Part shown: positions 1 to 13,676 of the stretch, piece after piece
How positions within the stretch are numbered: the stretch's first letter is position 1
Layout of the letters: every line of letters starts with the position of its first letter
Source of the DNA: the human T2T-CHM13v2.0 reference genome, Homo sapiens
Assembly: GCF_009914755.1 (NCBI RefSeq)
Contig: NC_060927.1
DNA: 64,000 bases
Direction: 5' to 3' (one strand)
Translations under genes and position numbers: made by a program
Notes under the pieces: model-generated
Database searches by the model: none
The model's input: the letters and a program-made list of their open reading frames with translations, nothing else
Told to the model about the DNA's origin: nothing

Positions 1-2776
1 AATCCTAGTGAAAAAAGTACAAAATAGAATGAAATAGAAAACTAAACACCATTTAATTTGTGTGAATTAATGTGAAAAACATGAACACAAAATAAAAATA
101 TCCATTTGTGAGAACATACACAAGCAGATACTTATTAAATATATTAGAATGACTGTCAAGTGACCAGAAAAAGGGAATGGAACTGGAGTATGAGAATAAA
201 AGAGAATATACCAATCAATCAACTGGGTCAGCTCCCTTAGGCTTTTGAAGAGATAGCAGTTAGTTGCCAAGGCAGCAGAAACAGATGTGGAAAATCTTGG
301 GTTCCCTCCATTTCTCAATATTTCCTTATCATCACATCTTATACTGCCTAACTCATCTGTTCTCCATGAAAGCTGGCCCACAAAAATGCAATTAGTTAGA
401 AGCAGTCTCCTGATAGTACTTCATTTCCTGCCCAATTTCATGTGAAAATGTCTTTCGCCCTGCATCTGGAGCTTTGACGCTTTCCTGATATTCTGGCCAA
501 ACCTGACAATTCTTTGGTGATCTAAATGCTAGTATAGAGTTGATAACATTACTTCTTATTGCAAAGAAATTATGGAAAGCAAGCTCACATTTATATTGAC
601 AGTGAAGAAACCCCTTGTTTTGTACAAGGTCTAACTTAATGCTTGTATATGCAGCTGCTTTCTAGGAGTGAGGATGCAATGTCTGTCCTTAACATTCATT
701 CTGGAATTGGAGTTCCAGAGCTACTAAAGTTATAGGAAGTAAGAGCTAAATTACATTAAATGGAAAAATAGCACAAATAAAGGGAATAAGTAGCATAAGA
801 GATTTAGTCAGAAGGTGAATTGTTTAATGAAAAGCCCCCTTTCTGTAATTTATAATAATGGGAGTTCAACAGCCTATTTCTTCCAGTCTGTCTCAAGACA
901 ATAATTAGAGTATTTTATTTCATTTTATTTTGCAGGCTTCAAAATTTAAAGGAGGTGTCAAAATGGAGGGTAGAAAAAGGGTAAGATATGTTAACAATAT
1001 TTAGTATGATTTATGGGTGTGGTTAAAAATTCCCCATTATAGTAACTAATTAGATATCTTGAATATAAGAATTCTTGGCTTCTCTTGATTTATCGAATTA
1101 ATTCTTCAAATTCACTAGGATCTCAGTTTCTTTACCAGAAAAGGAAGAAACTAAAGTATAGCTTTCATTCATATTCCAAGATCTTTGAAGAGTAATAAAG
1201 TTATTCTCTTCAAGTATTACTTTCAGGGTCATCACGACCTCCTTGGGAGAAGACTTCATGTGGCTGTTGTAAGTTTTAATTATCATCAGTTTCTATGTTA
1301 AATATCTTGAAAAGTCTTTAGATCTGGAAAGATTTTTTTCGTTCAAGTTTAAATAAGTCGATTTCCAAATTTGAAATTTGAGAAGTTGGAATGAGAATGG
1401 GAAAAGTAGAAGCTCATGGTATAATGATAAGAAAATATCAACAGTAGTTGAAAAATGTCTTGCCCTCTCCCTGTGGGTCATTGTAAACCATTTTTAAGCC
1501 TTTATCCGAAAAAAGAATGTTCAACAACATGATAAGCTCTCAGGAAGATTGTGAAAACGCCAAAGCTAAATCTCTAGATTAAAGTAAAATGACTACTGAT
1601 TTGAATAACATTATGTTTACTCTGTTGAATCTATCATCTTTATCCTTCAAAAGTTGTATAGTTTGAGCCAGATTTTCTCATTTCAGTTTAAAAGATCCAA
1701 GCCATTCTTATGTCTAGATTTATCTATGGTTACTATGGAGATGGCTCACTTGGTGTGAGGATTTACAATGTCATCCCAAAAGAGAAAATAATTTGGGCTA
1801 TTGAGTGCTTTAAAGACCTTGCGAGGTGAGGGGGTTGGGGAAAGACCAAAAGTTGCTGACATTTTAGTTGAGACTCAGTGATTCATGGATAGTGGGTCAG
1901 GGAGTGGGGATCGGTTATGTTCTGCATATGATGGTGCCCATCTTGACAATTGTGTCACCTTGTACACACCAGTGTTAGCTACTATACAGCCATTCTATTC
2001 ATGTCTGTTTCTTTGATTTCAGAGAGCCATTGAGTTTATAACTTGTGGCCAGTAGGCTTAGAATTATAAAACACATATCAGTCCACTGAAAGTAAATATA
2101 GGGAAAATGAAAAGGAATTTAAAAAATGTATTAATGCCCAGAAAATCTGAGTTTTGGATCTCATTAAGTGGTCCTGGACTGTTCTTTTCACCCTAAGGCA
2201 TATGAGGTATTAGACTGGGCTGGGTGAATCATCAGGGTTCCCAAGCATTTCTCTGGAGTACATCCAAGAGTTTGTATGTTTACCTTCTCCCTTCTCCCCA
2301 AGTCCATTTCATAGGCTCCCAAACACCCCAGAACTAAATTTATTTTTATTCCCCTATTTAAAATGAAAAATTAGTGCAAAATCTACATTCTACTGCATAA
2401 TATATTGGTATGTTTTGATATAAACTATTTCAAATGAATAAATTACCTTAAACTTTCCAGTAAAATAGATGCACCTGAATAACATGTCCTGTTGCCTGTG
2501 GCTCTGAGTATAGTGCAACATACTGCCTTATATGCCTAGTGGTGCACAAAATTCCATCTGAGGAACAGCTGAAAATTATACTTTAGCAGAGCTGTGAAAG
2601 ACCATTGCCTCCGGTCCTCTGTGATGTCTGAAATGCCACCATTTGAAATGATGTTCTTTAATCTCTGTGTTGTCCTTGACAATGAAGCTATAAAAGGGAG
2701 CATAATAAATTATTCATGCCTTAGCAGTGGCTAGTGATAGCTCAAAGACAGCATACATTTATAATAATGATAGTTG

Positions 2777-3200
2777 TTGGTGTGGTTTAAATGTTTTTCC
2801 CTCTAAAACTCATGTTGAAATTTAATCTCCAATTTGGCAGTATTGAGAGATGGGGCCTTTAAGAGGTGATTGGGACATAAGGGCTCTTGATTAATTCACT
2901 CATGGATTAATGGGTTAATGGATTAATGAATTAATGGGCTATCATGGGAATGAGGTTGGGAAGCTTTATAAGAAGAGGAAGAGAGACCTGAGCTAGCACA
3001 CTCAGCCCCCTTATAAGTGAAGCTCTGCACTGCCTCAGGACTCTGCAGAGAATCCCCATCAGCAAGAAGGCCCTCACCAGATGTTGCCCCTCAATGTTGC
3101 ACTTCTCAGCCTCCATCACTGTAAGTAGTAAGTTCCTTTTCCTTATAAAGTACCCAGTTTCAGGTATTTTGTTATAAGCAACAGAAAATGGACCAAGAAA
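2777..3200 (+). mobile_element. MaLR solo LTR, MST family (MSTB/C/D-like)
   Basis: tgtggtttaaatg...ctcatgttgaaatttaatc...ggattaatgggttaatggattaatg...cagcaagaaggccctcaccagatg...aacagaaaatggac. Confidence 0.85.
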
Positions 3201-3702
3201 GTTGCTTAATAGTTGGTTATAGGGAAAATCATAAATGAAAATTGAGTTATAGTTGTATATTTTAGAGATAAGGAAACTAAAATAATTACCTGTAAGTCAT
3301 AGAACAAGTTGGTGAACTCTTAGAGGATCTGGAGATCATCTAATTATTTCTGACTTCCTAATGCCTATCATATTGGAAATACTAAATGCCTGTTTAATGA
3401 ACAACTCAGGAAAGCAGAATTCACATCTTAGGCCACTGTTGTTTCTGTTTGAGGGAACTAGATGTCCTCAGTTCCTTTGAAGCAGATTTACATTAAATCG
3501 AAGAGAATTTCTGTTCATAGTACCACTGCTGAACCTGGAACCAGGGTTTGAAGTCTCACCTTTACTGCATTTATCCATTCTGTGTCCTGTTCCTGTGGCT
3601 TTTTCTGTTGTGAGGTCTTTCATATTTCTGATTTTTTTTTTCTGCTTCTCTGGCTCAGGCCCTGGTGGTTTCCTTTCTGGAAAAGTATACTAGCCTTCCA
3701 GC

Positions 3703-4134
3703 TGTTAAATAAAATTTATGGAGGTAATTGTTTTGGACTGAGCTTCTGCACTAGGCCTCAGCAGACCAGACCAAATCAAAATGGGGTCACCCATGCTAAA
3801 TGCCATGTAATGAAACTTAGATATAGGTCAGTTTTCCGAAAAGCAGGAGATTCAGCAACAACCAGTGTAAAGGGGCTTAGTTAACCTGAGCCAGCAAGAC
3901 AGAGAAATCATGCTTTAACCCTATAGGGAAAGTAACTTTGAAAAGACCAATCCTCTTCTTGTTCCTTGTTTCTGCCTTTTCTTCAGGTTTTTCTGCCTAT
4001 AAAACCGATGTCTTCTGCTCAGCCCATTAGAGCACCTTTCTATTTTGTAAATGGGATGCTGCCCAATTCATGAATTGCTAATAAAGGCCAATTAGATCTT
4101 TAAACTCAATGTGCTTAAATTTTGTTCTTTGACA
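3703..4134 (+). mobile_element. ERV1 (MER4-group) solo LTR, family not firmly assigned
   Basis: TG...CA termini (tgttaaataaaatttat...tttgaca); 4-bp TSD CAGC (3699-3702, 4135-4138); TATA-like and AATAAA signals; related copy at 49183-49601. Confidence 0.85.
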
Positions 4135-4972
4135 CAGCTGATCTTTCTGTTTTCAAATATTTTCCCCTCCAAATATTCTGGCAGGCTGTCTATAGGACAG
4201 TATTACTAATTCACTCATCAATTGTGCTATCCTTGCACAAAAGCCTTTATCAACCATCTGTGACCCATGAAATCCAGTTAAACTTTCCCCCTTGGCATTG
4301 AAAACCTTGATCTCACCTGACCTACATTTCTGGGCTTATCTACATAGCCACTGACATAAAACCTACATACTTGACAATCTAGTTGTTTTACATTTCCTCA
4401 TGCCTGAGGAAACGTTATGAGAAAATTTGTTAAATTATGAAATTACCTTTGCCATTTGATAGTAATCAGCTAAAGGATAGAGGATGTATCTTATACATCC
4501 TCGAATTTATTCTCCAACATAGCAAATACCCCTGTGGAGATGCCCACTAGAGATGGCAATTTTAGCTCTTCCATGAAATCCTGTGGCAAGAGGGAGGCAG
4601 CATGCAGGGCTTAGATGTAGAAGTCTGTCCCTGATGGCATGGGACAAGGAGATGTGAAAGAATGAGCAAGGGATTAAAAGTGATAGGCAAAATTGAGAGA
4701 ACTGGCGCTGAAGACACATTTGATCTGTTTAAACTTCCTGGAAGGATCAGATCGCTGTGAGCAATCCTGATGTTCGCTGGGTTGGGGAAACAGCAGGCTT
4801 GCAGACTGACATGTTACTGGAAAGAAACGTTGATCAGGGTTCAAACTAATGTCAAGGAGAGGGCTTAGGTGGGTGGAATCTAGTGAAAACCAGCACACAG
4901 GTCACTAGGTTGAGAGCAGGGAGGCATGAACCAAGCTGATAACCAGCTTTCCTGGCATGGGAACAAAGGTGC

Positions 4973-5379
4973 TGCTATAGTCTGAATGCTCCCCCAAATT
5001 CATGAGTTTAAAGTTAATTCTCATTGTGGTTGTGTTAGAGGTGGGGCATTTTGTCATGAAGTCATGAAGTTTCCACCCCACAGTGGATTAGGGAAATAAA
5101 AGCTGGAGGAAACTAGCTTGGGCCCCTTTTGTTCTTCTGCTCTTCTGCCATGTGAGGATATAGGATTCATCTTCTTTTTTGTCCTTCCATCTTTCCTAAC
5201 ATGTTGCAGACATCTAGACAGTGCCATCTATGAGGAACAGGCCCTCACTTGAAACTGAACCTACCAGCACCTTGATCTTGGGCTTTCCAGCCTTCAGACT
5301 GTGAGACAATAAATTTTTATTTTTTATAAATTATCCCGGTTCCGGTATTTTTTTAATAGCAGCACAAATGGACTAAGAG
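4973..5379 (+). mobile_element. MaLR solo LTR (MLT1A/MSTD-like)
   Basis: tgctatagtctgaatg...ccaaattcatg...gccatctatgaggaacaggccctca...caataaattt...aatggactaag. Confidence 0.8.
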
Positions 5380-7279
5380 GGATGCCTAACAAAGGGCAAG
5401 GATAGCCTTGGCAGGAGGGATTGCATGCAAAATTTTATTATGCATTAAATTAATATTTCCCAGTGTCTGAGGAATTTTGGCCATTGTTTTCACGTGTGTA
5501 TGCATGTGTTTAGCTGGAGCCTAACAAAAGAAGGCTGTGGTTGATGCCACCACTTCCTCACTTCCTGTAGCCACACACCAAAGTGCCTTGTGAGAGGGGC
5601 TGTTAACTCCAGAGCCACAACCTGGGTCTAGGAAAGCTCTGATTTCAAACATGCTGTTGATTCTTCCCCAAATAGCATAAATTTTTATCATAATCTATGT
5701 CTTTATTTTTGCTGCCTAAAACATGGCCCTTTTCTATCACACCATCATTGTCATGGAATGTTCTTTAAATACAAATAGAACCTTTGCTTCCTAAGAACTT
5801 TCTTTTGCACTTTGCCAGAGTTCACTTTTGCACTTTTTGATTTCTGAATGAAATCAAAAGTGCAACTTAGTGGAGGAGTGTGGGATCCAGAAGCATAAGA
5901 ATTCTGTTGTTCCCAGCTGTGGGGTTCTCAGCACAATAGTAAGAACCCTTAAAATGATAATAATTCTAATTTCTCTTGAAAAATTTTCATTTACAGTGGA
6001 ATAAATGTCAGGAGATGTTAAGTATTTGCTACTTAGAATAGACTCTTTCCCAGCTCCAAAAATTCTTTTCAAAGCAAATATGTACATTTGATACCTGCAA
6101 GTTTTGAATGTGCAAATATTGGCTCAGCAGATGGATGAACCAAGTCTAACATATTGTTTTTTTTTTTTTTCTCAAGGGTTGGGACTATTATGACTCTGAC
6201 TAAGGGTTACATATTTTTTCCTACCCTTACTGATAACTGATGAATTTTTAGAATGGAATGGATTCTCATCCTTTTCTCTAGAATGTATAACACCTTTATA
6301 AAATGCTAAAGAGATTTTTTTTTAATCATTCTTATGGTTTAGGCTAAATCCCTGTTTTTGCCCCTACAATTTCTCTAGTGACCCTTGCTCGGGGTCACTA
6401 GACCCCGGGGATTTGCTAGGAATCTCCAAGTTGTTTGATTCATTTCATTTTCAGTATCTTTTATTTTGAGACTGGTTAAAAAAAAAACTACCTTCATAGA
6501 GGGCAAAGAACCTTGAATGATGGAATTTCAAAATGCTTTCAGAATTAGTTCTGAAGATAAACAAGTGAGGAGAAAATGTACATAGAATTCTAAATTCTAA
6601 AAGAGTTTTATACAAGTATACTTGCATAAAATCATAAACTTGAAGGCAATGTAAGAAGCTAGTTGTTCTAGAATATGATTTACAAAGCAAGGGACTCACG
6701 GTTGAATCATTTACATCAACAGGTGTTGTCAAGAAGTGCTACGATTTAACAGCACCGAAAGTTTCTACCTTTAAAGTGAAGAGCAGGCACATTATTAAGT
6801 AACTTAACATGGCACAACATGATTTTCATAAAAGCTGATAAAATCATCTTGGAAAAGTTAACTGCATCATGAGGCAAGTTTTAGGTACATAATTTTAATC
6901 TATAATGTATCTATGGTTATTGGCGCTAGGTATGTATACAGGCTATCAGTTTCTGGAGACCCGCAGGAAAATCCAACACTGAAAGAGCTTGCCCACCCAG
7001 GCCCCACTGGTTCTGAGCAATGTTTCAAAACATCGTGCATTCCAACATGTGGTCCCTAATCCCTGCTGGGGGAAGCTGCAGTTGAGTAAGGGTTTTACCT
7101 GAGACTTTGATTTTCTTGTACATATGGGTCTTAGGGACTCAAGCTGCAGGCTGTTGGTTACCTCCTGCTTTATGCTTCTAAGCATATGTTATCTTTAGGA
7201 TGTGGATCCAAACAGGTAACCCAACAATCTATTTGAATTAATTGTATGTTTAATAAAATCTTAAAATCTTACATGTGCA

Positions 7280-7676
<397 letters not shown>

Positions 7677-7709
7677 TTAATGCTGTTTTACAGATGTGAG
7701 TGGGGTTAG

Positions 7710-7775
7710 TGTCATTTTACAAATGTGAATGTGGAGACCCAAAGGGGCCAAAAGACTTGCCCAAGGTCAAACTTC
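7710..7775 (-). mobile_element. MIR fragment
   Basis: cattttacaaatg...gagaccca...gacttgcccaaggtca matches the MIR core. Confidence 0.6.
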
Positions 7776-8429
7776 AGTTATTACATTTCTCGATTATTTT
7801 GCTATTTAGCTATGATTGTCATGAAAAGTTTCACAGAGCTTGAAATTCTGGGCAATATTCTTAAAGTCAATTCCTGGAATATTATTTTTGGAGTGAACAA
7901 CTCGATCTCTGGAAAATTTGGAGGTTAAAGAGAGGAATTACAGTTTTTTGAAGAGATGTCTTCCCTATGTAACGGCCCCATGTTGCCCCCTTATGGAACT
8001 TGCGATATTTGCAAAATTCTTTGCTGAATTAGTCTTTCACTGAAGTGTGACTTATTTGACACACAGGATTTACAGCATGAGCCTTTTGTCACAACAGCCT
8101 TTTGTCACAACAGGATTTACAGCATCAGCCTTTCTCAGGATGATAACATATTACCTTACCATTTTCATATATTAAATCAACTGTTACTGAAATTCAGCCA
8201 AATTGAAGGAAAATGTGATTATGAGGAAGTCTACAGAAAACTTTTTTGTACTAATTTCTAACTATACTCACAGCCCCTTTTCCCATACCCTCAGGGCTGA
8301 CCATTTTGCACATTAAAAAGTAATGTATCTAACGAAATAGGACGGTGTTCTTAATATTTTACTAAAAATTGTGGATCATTTTAAGTTTCACGCTTGTGAG
8401 ACGTTTGGGGATTTGGTTTTTTTTGTTCA

Positions 8430-8535
8430 ATGGGTTTGAATTTCACCTCTGCTACTTAGCTACATCACCTCCGGTAGACTCAGTTTCTGGGTCTCAGCAT
8501 CTTCCTCTGTAAAATGGGAAGAATGGCGCCATTTG
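8430..8535 (+). mobile_element. MIR fragment
   Basis: gggtttgaatttcacctctgctacttagct...ctcagcatcttcctctgtaaaatggg. Confidence 0.6.
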
Positions 8536-9264
8536 TGAAGCATTTGAAACAATTCCTGGTAGAGTATGCATGCAAAAGTGAAAGCAGTAGCGGTGGTTGT
8601 AGCAGTAGTAACCCCTGGATCTTACCTCCTCAATTATCACATGAGGAGATTGTACTAAAGGAGCTCTGAGATCCTCTCAAGTTCTTACATCTCTGATCCT
8701 CTGGATGCAAAATAAGCAGAGGAAGAAGGAGGCACCATGAGCAATGATTCCATCTCTGCCCTCCTGAGAAAGTCTTTCCCTCCTTTCCACAGCACCTGGG
8801 AGGAGCAGGAAGTTACTAATTTGCTGGCAGGGCCTGCTGGTTTCGGCCACAGTTTCTGAGTCTTTTGGGGAGTCAGATGCAATAGGGTATATGCCAGACA
8901 GCAGAACCTATCCAGGGGTGTGGAAGCATTCCGCCTTTGGGAACCCACCCACCCTGGATGGGGCAACTAATCGGAGAAAGTCTCAACAGAAAAATGGAAG
9001 TGGGTAGTGTGCAGTGAAAGTGGATGTAGGGAGGCTGGAAAGTGGGACCCGTCAAAGCCTAAGAGATAGACTGGAAGGAGGCACGAAGAAGGGATTGCTG
9101 GCAGGGAAATTCCTCCCTTTGTCCCAGGGTCTCAACTTCACACTTGTCCAAGATAAACACCACTGACATTAAAGTGATGAAAACATTTTATTCAGTAACT
9201 ACTGACAGTCAGGGAAAGAGCTGCGCTCCATTCCAGTTTGTGCAGAGGTGGCGGTGTCTTTTAT

Positions 9265-9490
9265 TTTAATTTTTATTATTCCAATAAGACTTTATTGTTT
9301 ATGTCTGAAAATTAGCTATAAAAACTTGTAATATACATTGTTTTATCAGTTCTCTCTCTAGTTTTAGCTCTATCGAGGTACAACTGATACACAAAAAAAT
9401 TGTACCCATCTAATGTATGTATCTTGATGAATCCAGACATATAAATACACCCATGATGTCATCATCACATAAAACACATCCATCACCTCA
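9265..9490 (-). mobile_element. L1M 3'-end fragment
   Basis: T-rich tail, then gaggtacaactgatacacaaaaaaattgtacccatc...catccatcacctc. Confidence 0.6.
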
Positions 9491-9764
9491 GAGGGAGAGA
9501 GTGGGAGGGAGAGAGAACTGGGGTTCAAATAAAAAGTTACCAAGGGTTGGTCAGTGTAAATGTGACTAGGCCAGCTGTGTCTGCTAGCCAGCAATGATGG
9601 CCCCAAATTAGGATTCTATCCTGACAAGTACATTTCTAAGAATGGTCTTCAGATCTTTGAGAAAGACAATCCTAAATTGCAGGAGATATATATACATCTC
9701 AAAGGGACAGAGGAAGGATTCATGATTGTAAGGCCTTTACAGTAAATGCTTTAATAAGAGGAGG

Positions 9765-10701
<937 letters not shown>

Positions 10702-10954
10702 GAGGTCTGGGACGAACAGAAAATTCTCCTGGCAGCTCTAGGCTTTCTCAGGCAGACATGTTAATACAGGGCTGGGGCCATCCTACGGACATCGCCTTCT
10801 GCTGCTAGAAGCCAGGCTAGAGTTTGGTGCATTTCTCTTTAGTACAGAGGTTTGGATGGAGTTGTTACATGCTGAAAGTTCTGCGGTTCTTACCATGAGG
10901 TCTTCTCTGACCAATCTAACCCTTCACAGGGCCAACTTTCATGTAAAAAGTGAG

Positions 10955-11030
10955 TAGTTCATTCACTCATTCCACAAATATTAGTTGGGAGTCTTCTATG
11001 TGCTGGGCACAGTTTGAGAGTCAGGGAGTC
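10955..11030 (-). mobile_element. L2 3'-end fragment
   Basis: ttcattcactcattccacaaatatt...ctatgtgctgggcac. Confidence 0.6.
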
Positions 11031-12317
11031 TTAGAATTGTTTGCACTGTTCACTAGTTGTTTTATTTGTACTAGTCCCACCTTAACTAAATAGATCGTTA
11101 AATTCCTTGAGGTCAGAGATACTATCTTATTCTTCTGTTTTCCACACTGTATGGAATTTAGCAGAGCCTATTAGTCACTTGAATTTATTAAATATAATTG
11201 AGCAATACAACAAATAAAGAAAAACACTTTGAAACAGAAGTTAAGTAACTTGAGAGTTGAGAAGAAAAAGAAAATGAAAATATTGAAGTAATGAAAGAGA
11301 TTATTTAACTGCACCCCCCAACTTTTATATCTTTTTTATGGTCTCCAGAAAATTTGGTTTGAAAAAAAAATCACTTATTAAAAATAAAAGTCTGAAGACC
11401 ACTGATGAATTTTATAGGTCCAGAGAGGTGAAGTCAAACAACGAGCTTCCCCTACAGCTGATTACACAGTATGATTAAGCCAAAGGGGACATGTTGCTCC
11501 AGGGAGAGTCTAATCAGAACACACGTTTCCTATCTTAGACCCCAAATCCTTTGAACTCAGAGGAGCAAATCAAAAGAGGTCTCCAAAACTGTGAGCTTAG
11601 AAAAGAGTTACAGTTAGAAGATGAGGTTTCGAGGAGAAATCATTGAAGGTGATTCAACTCAAACTTCAGAACTGCTCTCTGTCCTTCAGAAACTGGGAAT
11701 TTGATGCCTAAAGAAGTTGTATCCTCACTGGCCTTTTTGACAGGAAGATGAACCTAAAGTTTACCCTAAAAGCTATGCTAACTTCTGTATTTTTGAACTA
11801 TTCTGAAAAATATTTGCTATTTGCTTTCTTAAGTGTAAGGAAGGAATGAATCTCTGAGCTACATCATGTAGGTGATATTAAAACTACACTTTTTTGTGTG
11901 TCTGATTTAACATTGTTAAAAATAGTCAAAATTTCTACTAGTTTATCATGTATCCAAAGGTTAAGAATAGATACAAAGAATTTCATTCTTTCTAGATGCT
12001 GGGAATATTCTCAGATCTTGCCAGCTCTGCAGCAAATGGAGGAGGTGGTTCTTGGATGTCAGACTTTCCTGGAGGGAGGCCAGGCTGCGGTAGCCCAGTT
12101 GTAATGCTTTCCTCTGAGGTGTTGGCATCAGGGCTTGCTTCCACTGCTGTTCTCCCAACAGTGATTTCTAAAGGGAGGCCAAGGTTGGGTAAGGGTCAGG
12201 GCTGGCACAGAACTGATGTCAGGAGCTGTAAGACCTAAGGCTGCTTTTACAAAGATGCATGCATTTTATCTAACAGCCTTTTCCCCTAAAATATCCACAA
12301 CATATATTCTATTTCTG

Positions 12318-12529
12318 TAGTTCTCAGCAGGGTAATTTTTGTCTCCCAGGAGGAATTTAGCAGTATCTGGAGACATTTGTGATTGTCATAATTGGGGGAG
12401 GTTTGCTACTGGCATCTAGTGGGTAAGAGACAGATATGCTGCTAAACATGCTACAATGCACAGGGCAGCAGCCACAACAAAGAATAATCCAATCCAAAAT
12501 GTCAGTTGTGTCAGGGTTGAGAAACCTCA
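12318..12529 (+). mobile_element. MER20 (hAT-Charlie DNA transposon)
   Basis: gttctcagcagggtaatttttg...tgctactggcatctagtggg...tgctgctaaacat...gttgagaaacc. Confidence 0.9.
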
Positions 12530-12565
12530 TTATATATTTCAAGACAAGAAAACCAGTTCCTTGCT

Positions 12566-12740
12566 TAGTGTGCTGGCTAACGCCTTACTGATGCATGTGG
12601 TCTCCAGACACCAGCATCACTTGGGAGTTCCTGAGAAATAACAGACTCTCAGTCCCCACTTGGGATACTGGATCAGAATCTGCATTTTAACAAGATCCCC
12701 AGGTGACTTATATGTGTCTTTAATATTGAGAAGCACTGGT
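12566..12740. mobile_element. MER5A/B (hAT-Charlie)
   Basis: cagcatcacttggga...atcagaatctgcattttaacaagatccccaggtga...tgagaagcactg. Confidence 0.8.
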
Positions 12741-13616
12741 AACCTTCTATGAGAACTACAAGGGCAAGGCAGTGAGACAAGTGCTTCAGCATGGCCAAGT
12801 CAAGAAGAGACAGTTCTGGCCCTACTTAGGCAACATCTTTAAATTAAAAAAAAACCTCACTTTTTCTCGGTTTTGTTTTGTGTTTTTAAATTTGCATTGA
12901 AGTTTCTTCTATTTTTTTTTTTTTTTTTTGCTACTTTGTCCTTCTTTCCTTCCTTTCTTTTTTTCTCTCTTCCTTCCTTTCTCTTCTAGTTACTCTGCTT
13001 CATCATTTATCTTTATCTCACATGTATGCAGTGCTTTTCTAGGTCCTTAATTTTGAGTTACTCGTGATACCAAAAAAAAAAAAAAAAAAGGGCAGACACT
13101 TCTCATTAATTAAAGGAAATTGTCCTAGTGGGTAGAATCTGGGAGGACAGTCATACTTTCTTAAACATAATAACGCAATTAAATTCTACCTTCCCTTCAG
13201 TAGTAAGATATTAAAAAGGAAGGCAATAAAGCTCATCCAATACTAATTTGATCAGAAGCCTGTGCAATCAGTCTCTTTGATATACCTTTTGTCAACACAG
13301 CTTTAGATTTTGAATAGGCAATCTAAAACCCTGGAAATCTACCATATTGATTTATTAGCAAAATTTCTGCTGAACCTAGGTATAATAATAGAACTGATTA
13401 AAAATAAAATTTAGTCTGTATGCCATGCAATGTACTGTAGCATTTTAGTTTCATGTTTCTCTAAAAAAAATAAGTTAAAATTTTAAATTATTAAAACAAA
13501 CTTCAGTTCAACTTGCTAAACATTTACTTAGCACCTATTGTTTACAAAATGCTGGAATAAAAATTGTGGAAGATTAAAAAAGATTAAGATATAATTTTGC
13601 CCTGGTTCATAATCTG

Positions 13617-13676
13617 GGGTGTGTGTGTGTGTGTGTGTGTGTGTGTCTGTGTGTGTGTGTTTGTGTGTGTGTGTAT
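13617..13676. repeat. (TG)n microsatellite
   Basis: Directly visible, ~28 units with interruptions. Confidence 0.95.

Noticed and set aside
4543-4560. CTCF-like cccactagagatggca
   Set aside because: Spacing is off by 2 nt from the core motif
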